Part shown: positions 58,823 to 64,000 of the stretch, piece by piece
Layout of the letters: the number at the start of each line of letters is the position of its first letter
How positions within the stretch are numbered: the first letter of the stretch is position 1
NCBI GenBank assembly: GCA_964648715.1
Contig: CAZYNM010000003.1
Span: forward strand, 29,430 to 93,429
DNA length: 64,000 bases
Reading direction: 5' to 3'
DNA from: an uncultured Pseudomonadales bacterium
GTDB taxonomy: Bacteria > Patescibacteriota > Microgenomatia > UBA1400 > PJMF01
Notes under the pieces: model-generated
What the model saw: only the letters and a program-made list of their open reading frames with translations
What the model was told of the DNA's origin: nothing
Database searches by the model: none
Program-made: the position numbers and the translations under genes

Positions 58823-59752
58823 ATGACACAACTTTATTTAGGAATTGATGGTGGGGGTACAAAAACTGATGCCATCTGTACTGATGAGCGAGGTACACAG
58901 TTTGGAATAGGAAGTTCTGGTCCAACAAACCTTACATCTACTTCCGTAGGCGCAGCTAGTTTCAATCTCAAAGAAGCGATCCGTCAGGCACTTGAACATG
59001 TACCTGCAGAACACACACTGGTATCCACTGTCATGGGACTGGCGGGTTTAGATACAGAACAAGAGTTTGAGATTGCTCATCGTACCTTTCTTGATATCGT
59101 TAGGTTGTTTGGTGGCCAGCGTCTCACCCTCATGAACGACAGTATGATTGCCCTTGCCAATGGCACCGATAATGAAAACGCGGTTATCCTTATTTCTGGT
59201 ACGGGTTCAATCTGTTTTGGTAAAAATGCTCAAGGAGAAACTGCCCGTGTGGGTGGTATGGACTTTTTATTGACAGATCAAGGCTCAGGATATGATATTG
59301 GTCGTCATGTGCTCCGTGAAGCAGTCAAGAGCTATGATGGACGACGCAGTAAAACAGTACTAGAACAACTGGTGTGTGAACACTTTAGTATCCAAAGTAT
59401 TGAACATCTTAAAAACGAAGTGTACAACCCTCCGCTTAGTAAGATTGAAGTGGCTGAAGTAGCACAGCTCTGCAGTCGTGCCTATGAAGCACAAGACCAA
59501 GCAGCTATAGATATTTTTCACTGGGTAGAAGTTGAGTTGGCACAGCTTGCCACAACAACATTACGTAAACTTCACTTAGAGAAAGTACCTACAGACCTCG
59601 TCTTATCTGGCTCTGTATTGCATATACCGCATGTTCGCGCGGCACTAGATGCAAGACTACATGAACAGTTCCCGCAATTGACGATTGTTTTTCCAGAAAA
59701 GCCACCTATGTATGGTGCTTTAAAGCTTGCGCTTAAAGAACATACGGTATAA
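58823..59752 (+). CDS. BadF/BadG/BcrA/BcrD-type ATPase family sugar kinase (N-acetylglucosamine kinase-like)
   Basis: N-terminus LYLGIDGGGTKTD (ASKHA phosphate-1 motif) and GGMDFLLTDQGSGYDIG (adenosine motif). Confidence 0.65.
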   Translation: MTQLYLGIDGGGTKTDAICTDERGTQFGIGSSGPTNLTSTSVGAASFNLKEAIRQALEHVPAEHTLVSTVMGLAGLDTEQEFEIAHRTFLDIVRLFGGQRLTLMNDSMIALANGTDNENAVILISGTGSICFGKNAQGETARVGGMDFLLTDQGSGYDIGRHVLREAVKSYDGRRSKTVLEQLVCEHFSIQSIEHLKNEVYNPPLSKIEVAEVAQLCSRAYEAQDQAAIDIFHWVEVELAQLATTTLRKLHLEKVPTDLVLSGSVLHIPHVRAALDARLHEQFPQLTIVFPEKPPMYGALKLALKEHTV

Positions 59753-59761
59753 TACATCTTC

Positions 59762-60190
59762 ATGAGACCACATACGTTTGCCACCCTGGCAGTTTTTCTA
59801 TTTTTCCTTCGTCATCCCAAAGAGCACCGCTATAATTTCTATGCGCAGATTCTTGAGAAACGCCACGGGCGAAATTATAAAGAACATGATTATGACTTTA
59901 CTGTGCTTTACCGAACTGAAGAAGTTCTTAAGTTGCGCATTGGGAGGATGTGGACCTGTGAGGTTGAGATTCGCCCAGAAAAAGTTGGCTCTGACAAATA
60001 TATAATCAAACATAATCATCGTGAGTATGTCACTGAAGAATTTGAAATTAAACATCCACGTGAGTTGTTTGGTGAGTACCGCTCCCATGAGCGTTTTACC
60101 CGCTTTCGCTCATATGATTTTACTCGTGATGCACTCGAAATGGTGTGTGACCACGATGGTACCGAATTTGAGTTACGAGTTTTACGTTAA
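59762..60190 (+). CDS. hypothetical protein (142 aa)
   Basis: ORF with normal composition. Its stop overlaps the convergent capA-like gene by 4 nt. Confidence 0.4.
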   Translation: MRPHTFATLAVFLFFLRHPKEHRYNFYAQILEKRHGRNYKEHDYDFTVLYRTEEVLKLRIGRMWTCEVEIRPEKVGSDKYIIKHNHREYVTEEFEIKHPRELFGEYRSHERFTRFRSYDFTRDALEMVCDHDGTEFELRVLR

Positions 60191-61185
60191 CGAAGTTTGG
60201 TCTGACCATTTTTTTCTAGGAGTATGGGAATTTCTGCTGCATCCACAATTTCATCGTTTGAGATGGTAAGTCCAATAAGCATGCCTTGTTGAACCGCTGG
60301 TTCAAAATACTGATCAAACACAAAATTTCCTAAAGAATAATAAATATGTCTACCGTTATAGAGCTCATGCTGTTGCACAACATGGGGATGTGAACCAATA
60401 ACTGCATCTGCACCTGCGTCAATGAATGTGTGAGCAAGCTCTTGAATCCCTGCATTGGCAGTTGGCACATATTCGGTGCCCCAGTGGGTATATACAAGCA
60501 CAATGTCTGATTGAGGACGTACCGCAGCTAAGTCTGCAAGTACTCGTGCTTCTGCATCTGTGCCAAATGCATTGTAATTTACGAATCCTATACGTATGCC
60601 ATTTTTTTCTAGAATGAGGCTGCGTTCTTGTGTGGTATCTGCTGCCGCGTTACCAAAGAACTGTACATTGGCTTCTTGTAGGTACTGTTTCGTTTGGGCA
60701 AGACCCTGGGTACCAAAGTTCAAAATATGATTGTTTCCTAGGTTCACGACATGAATAGTGTGTGTATACAGAAGTGTGGCAACAATAGGGTCAAACGTAA
60801 AAATATAGTTATGTGGTGAACCAACTGCACTACCCAAGCTTTTTGATGGTGCAGAAGTAATAGGACCTTCAAGATTGGCAATCACTAGGTCATAACTTGC
60901 CAAGACTGGTTTGAGCTCTTGGAGTATGTGGTCGGTGCCATACGTTGTTATTACTTTTCTGATGTTTCGATCAAACATCATGTCGCCGCCAAAGAGTATG
61001 GTTAGCTTACGCTCAGTGGGAATACTACTGGGTGAAGGTGTAGTCTCCATTTGTTCAGCTACTGGGGCTATCAACTGTGCACTATTTTCTTTGGAAGGCG
61101 AAAGAGTTTGTAGCGTGTAAATAAGATACACCACACCAATAAGGGAGAAAGTGAGGAATAAACTACGTCTTATCAGATCTGTCAT
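60187..61185 (-). CDS. CapA/PgsA-family metallophosphoesterase (poly-gamma-glutamate/capsule synthesis-like)
   Basis: An N-terminal TM is followed by LTILFGGDMMFDRNIR...VIANLEGPITS...VNLGNNHILNFG (calcineurin-like motifs of the CapA family). Confidence 0.7.
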   Translation of the reverse strand: MTDLIRRSLFLTFSLIGVVYLIYTLQTLSPSKENSAQLIAPVAEQMETTPSPSSIPTERKLTILFGGDMMFDRNIRKVITTYGTDHILQELKPVLASYDLVIANLEGPITSAPSKSLGSAVGSPHNYIFTFDPIVATLLYTHTIHVVNLGNNHILNFGTQGLAQTKQYLQEANVQFFGNAAADTTQERSLILEKNGIRIGFVNYNAFGTDAEARVLADLAAVRPQSDIVLVYTHWGTEYVPTANAGIQELAHTFIDAGADAVIGSHPHVVQQHELYNGRHIYYSLGNFVFDQYFEPAVQQGMLIGLTISNDEIVDAAEIPILLEKNGQTKLR

Positions 61186-62008
61186 TGGTTAAAAAATAGT
61201 GATCAATAATAGATATGATACCATTATCTTCTTGCGATGGAGCAATAATATCTGCCAGCTTCTTAAGCTCACTATGAGCATTTTCCACTGCAACTTTGAG
61301 TCCACATGCGGCCAACAATGCAAAGTCATTATAGCCATCACCAATTGCCACAACTTGTTTGGGTGACAGGTCCATGTGTTGCATCCAGACCAGTACAGCA
61401 GAGTGCTTGTTGACCCCACCCGCCATGACATCAAGTCCAAAGGATGATTTTGAAAGGATTTTTTGTACACTCACCTCATGCGCAAATGCTGTTTCTATAG
61501 TTCGACAGAGTGTATCTATCTGTGGCTCTGTGTGCTCAGATGCAACATAGAGTTTGGGGATAGGGGCAGAAAAATCACATTCTCGTATCGGGGCAATATG
61601 AGCAAATTCTTTGATACGATCTCGATCAAAACGCTCCGAAAAATAGGCCGTATCTCCTGCTTCTACAATAAATGACACATCAGCTTCAAGTAAGATGGCA
61701 GAAACTTGCTCTGCAATCTGAGGCTCCATGTATTTCTGGTAAAGATAGGTGTGTGTGGTAGGATCAATGATCTCTGCTCCTCCTCGAGTAATAATGGGAT
61801 GCTGAAGCGCTAAATCCTGTGATGCTTGTCGGATGTAACCAGCGTATGCTCTCCCAGTGGCCAAAGCAAAGATGTAGCCAGCCCCTATGAGCTCTCTAAT
61901 AGCTTGAGCGACCTCTCTGTTAACTTTCTTGTCAGAACCCACTAACGTATTGTCAAAATCAGAAACAAGGGCAGTATATAGATGACTTTCAGTTTTGTTT
62001 GTATACAT
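61163..62008 (-). CDS. HAD-superfamily hydrolase, Cof-like (subfamily IIB) sugar-phosphatase
   Basis: Motif I VSDFDNTLV, motif II LATGR, motifs III/IV K...GDGYNDFALL. Confidence 0.8.
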   Translation of the reverse strand: MYTNKTESHLYTALVSDFDNTLVGSDKKVNREVAQAIRELIGAGYIFALATGRAYAGYIRQASQDLALQHPIITRGGAEIIDPTTHTYLYQKYMEPQIAEQVSAILLEADVSFIVEAGDTAYFSERFDRDRIKEFAHIAPIRECDFSAPIPKLYVASEHTEPQIDTLCRTIETAFAHEVSVQKILSKSSFGLDVMAGGVNKHSAVLVWMQHMDLSPKQVVAIGDGYNDFALLAACGLKVAVENAHSELKKLADIIAPSQEDNGIISIIDHYFLTNDRSDKT

Positions 62009-62031
62009 ATTTATTACACATGTGATATAAT
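62003..62031 (+). promoter_or_regulatory. second copy of the 24-bp operator-like element fused to an extended -10 (TGTGaTATAAT)
   Basis: ATACATATTTATTACACATGTGAT at 62003-62026 followed by ATAAT. It overlaps the HAD gene start codon and lies ~235 nt upstream of the 62265 gene. Confidence 0.5.
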
Positions 62032-62264
62032 ATAGGCCGTATATGTGTGTTACTTGATTCTCTTTTCGAGAATCGCGTAAGTGACCCCATTATACAGTTC
62101 TTTAACAGACTGAGAAGAGAACCTCTCTGCTTTTGGGAAGAAGATGGTGGTGTATCGCAGTACACCCTCTTCTTCTTCCCATCGGCGGGGAGTCTGTACA
62201 GAAGTGGTGATGAACCATGGATGTACAGTGAAGTTCAAAATTTTCATGTAGTAAGGAGTTTCCT

Positions 62265-63380
62265 ATGAAGCGCAAATTCTTTGCGATTCCAGCGTTTGTG
62301 TTGTTTCTCATGCTTGTGACGGCCGTTACGGCTTTCGCGCAAGAAACGCCAATTACGTCAACAGTGGCAATCACAGTTGACGTGCAGAAGCCTTCCGTCG
62401 AGGTGAGATATACGCATGAGTATAGCTTTCCGGTTACCATCACGAACACCGGGGAGTTTACTGCCAGCGTCTCTGGCGAAGTTTTGCTGTACTACGCGCA
62501 CGTCACTGACATCACCACGACTGTGCCAATCACGGCCAACTATGCCTTCACGCCGACTGCTTTCCGTAGCTCGGCAGCGTTTACGCTGACCGAACCGGTA
62601 GCGCCAGGTGAGGTCGTTACTTTGACCGTCATCTGTGCCCAGGATCAAACCCCCGGACCTGTGTGGGCTGATATTGAAATCACTGCGACGCCGCTGGTGA
62701 CTGATGTTTTAGAGACCTCACTATTCAGCACAATCGCGTGGGATGCGCAAACGCCCTATGACTTTTCGCTGACCATGAACATCAGCCCTACCAACATTTT
62801 GAGCGGCGGAGCCGCAAATCTTATGGTATCGCTACAATCAAACGGCGATATCACTGAGACAAGAACAATCATTGGGCTCAAGGGGTTTGGTGTTACCGAT
62901 TACTTTTTACTTGGTGATGCAGCTGGCCCAGTGGTGCGCGTGGCGTTTCTCACTGCTGCGCAGGCTGCTGCAGAAAACGCAAAGCTTGATAAGCTCAAAG
63001 CGTCTTGGAAGGCGCGCAAGGAGCACTACATCTCCCACATGGCGGCGGCAATGATTGCACATCCAGAATTTGGTAGCATTGTGGCCTCGCAGGTTTACAC
63101 TGACCCGATTTTCGTCACCTTTGCCGAAGGGGATCCAATTATCTTTTGGAACCCTGAGGAAGCGGGCGAGTTTGTGCTATCTTTTGTGCTGATTCACGAT
63201 GGAGATGCAGACCCTGCCATCTTCGGCTCGATCACGGGGCCCTATTTCACCAATTTGCCTCCCGGCGAGTTGTGGAAGTATGAATGGGATGGGGACAATG
63301 TTATTCGCCTCCTCCCGGATCGCGATTTCAGCATTGTGGCGGCTATCCTACAAGTATTCATGCCGCTCATCCAAAAATAA
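62265..63380 (+). CDS. secreted hypothetical protein (G+C-rich locus)
   Basis: Signal peptide ...FLMLVTAVTAFAQET. 371 aa. The C-terminus ends ...QVFMPLIQK. Confidence 0.55.
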   Translation: MKRKFFAIPAFVLFLMLVTAVTAFAQETPITSTVAITVDVQKPSVEVRYTHEYSFPVTITNTGEFTASVSGEVLLYYAHVTDITTTVPITANYAFTPTAFRSSAAFTLTEPVAPGEVVTLTVICAQDQTPGPVWADIEITATPLVTDVLETSLFSTIAWDAQTPYDFSLTMNISPTNILSGGAANLMVSLQSNGDITETRTIIGLKGFGVTDYFLLGDAAGPVVRVAFLTAAQAAAENAKLDKLKASWKARKEHYISHMAAAMIAHPEFGSIVASQVYTDPIFVTFAEGDPIIFWNPEEAGEFVLSFVLIHDGDADPAIFGSITGPYFTNLPPGELWKYEWDGDNVIRLLPDRDFSIVAAILQVFMPLIQK

Positions 63381-63396
63381 ACACTAGCGCCAAAGC

Positions 63397-63450
63397 TCTT
63401 GCCTGCCCTCACACCCACGGAAAAAAGCAAGAGACTTTAATCCGTGGGTG
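63397..63450. terminator. bidirectional terminator/hairpin cluster between convergent genes
   Basis: 11-bp stem CACACCCACGG...CCGTGGGTGTG followed by the 14-bp perfect palindrome GTGCGCTAGCGCAC. Confidence 0.55.
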
Positions 63451-63495
63451 TGCGCTAGCGCACTTCTCTCTTCTCAGTCTCTTGTTTTTATTTTT

Positions 63496-64000
63496 TTATT
63501 CCACAAATTGTACATAGGCTCCATAGCCTAGTTTTTCCATATCTTTTTTGGGTATAAACTTCAGTGCTGCTGAGTTCATGCAGTAGCGCTTGCCACCTTT
63601 GTCCTGAGGACCATCATCAAATACATGCCCTAGATGACTGCCCGCTCCCGCACTCTCTACCTCAGTCCGTTCTACCCACAAGAGTTTATCCGTGACATAG
63701 TGCACATGCTCCTCGCTAAGCGGCTTGGTAAAAGATGGCCAACCAGTGCCAGAGTCATACTTATCTTTTGAAGAAAACAAAGGTTCACCACTTACTACAT
63801 CTACATAAATACCTGGCTCATGGTTGTCCCAGTATTCATTTTTAAATGCAGGCTCAGTAGCATCCTTTTGGGTAACGTCGTATTGGAGCGGTGTGAGATT
63901 TTTTTTGAGTTCAGCTTCTGGTGGCTTACTGTAGGAAGTTTGAGCACTGACTGACGGTGTTGACGTTGTGCTTACAGGATCTGGCCACTTCTTTTCTTTC
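63496..64000 (-). CDS. msrB: peptide methionine-(R)-sulfoxide reductase MsrB (partial; continues beyond the window edge)
   Basis: [28 protein letters not shown] and [11 protein letters not shown] are present. The listed ORF begins at a TTG, but the same frame stays open upstream through 64000 (translation [41 protein letters not shown] matches the MsrB N-terminal region). The protein appears to lack the zinc CxxC pairs. Confidence 0.7.
   Translation of the reverse strand, partial: KEKKWPDPVSTTSTPSVSAQTSYSKPPEAELKKNLTPLQYDVTQKDATEPAFKNEYWDNHEPGIYVDVVSGEPLFSSKDKYDSGTGWPSFTKPLSEEHVHYVTDKLLWVERTEVESAGAGSHLGHVFDDGPQDKGGKRYCMNSAALKFIPKKDMEKLGYGAYVQFVE

Overview
The window is a gene-dense bacterial chromosomal segment of mostly housekeeping genes, with two tRNAs, two T-box leaders and three G+C-rich secreted-protein loci. 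I found no rRNA, CRISPR array, transposase or integrase. The gene content looks like a small fermentative genome (pyruvate kinase, lactate dehydrogenase, split transketolase), but I cannot determine the phylum with confidence.

RNA genes: tRNA-His(GUG) with an encoded G-1 at 27-103 (+), and tRNA-Lys(UUU) at 45946-46020 (-).

The first 13.6 kb holds six large polytopic membrane proteins. In each, TM1 is followed by an acidic D/E motif, and at least three are recognisably PMT/ArnT-like GT-C glycosyltransferases. An L,D-transpeptidase and uracil-DNA glycosylase sit among them.

The middle of the window holds pyk, rpsU, a HIT protein, a DHH phosphoesterase, proS and serS (both preceded on the minus strand by T-box leaders with terminator hairpins), prs, secA and greA. 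It also holds lysS carrying a C-terminal HD-domain extension, and a complete F1Fo ATP synthase operon on the minus strand (atpB-E-F-H-A-G-D-C) whose delta subunit is a tandem duplication of the C-terminal domain. Further along are mutM, ldh and a split transketolase.

At 52.4-59.8 kb there is an alpha-glucan cluster: a GlgA-like glycosyltransferase, a GH57 enzyme, a GH15 glucoamylase-like enzyme and a BadF-type sugar kinase. A CapA-type metallophosphatase, a Cof-type HAD phosphatase and a partial msrB at the window edge follow.

The most unusual content is a set of visibly G+C-richer loci at 25.7-29.2 kb, 50.3-52.3 kb and 62.3-63.4 kb. They encode secreted proteins with near-identical signal-peptide ends (AFAQT/ALAQT) and a trypsin-like protease. 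A short [YF][LM]P[LIV][IV] motif recurs at the extreme termini of five of these proteins. A 24-bp identical sequence sits over the TGnTATAAT promoters of two of them.
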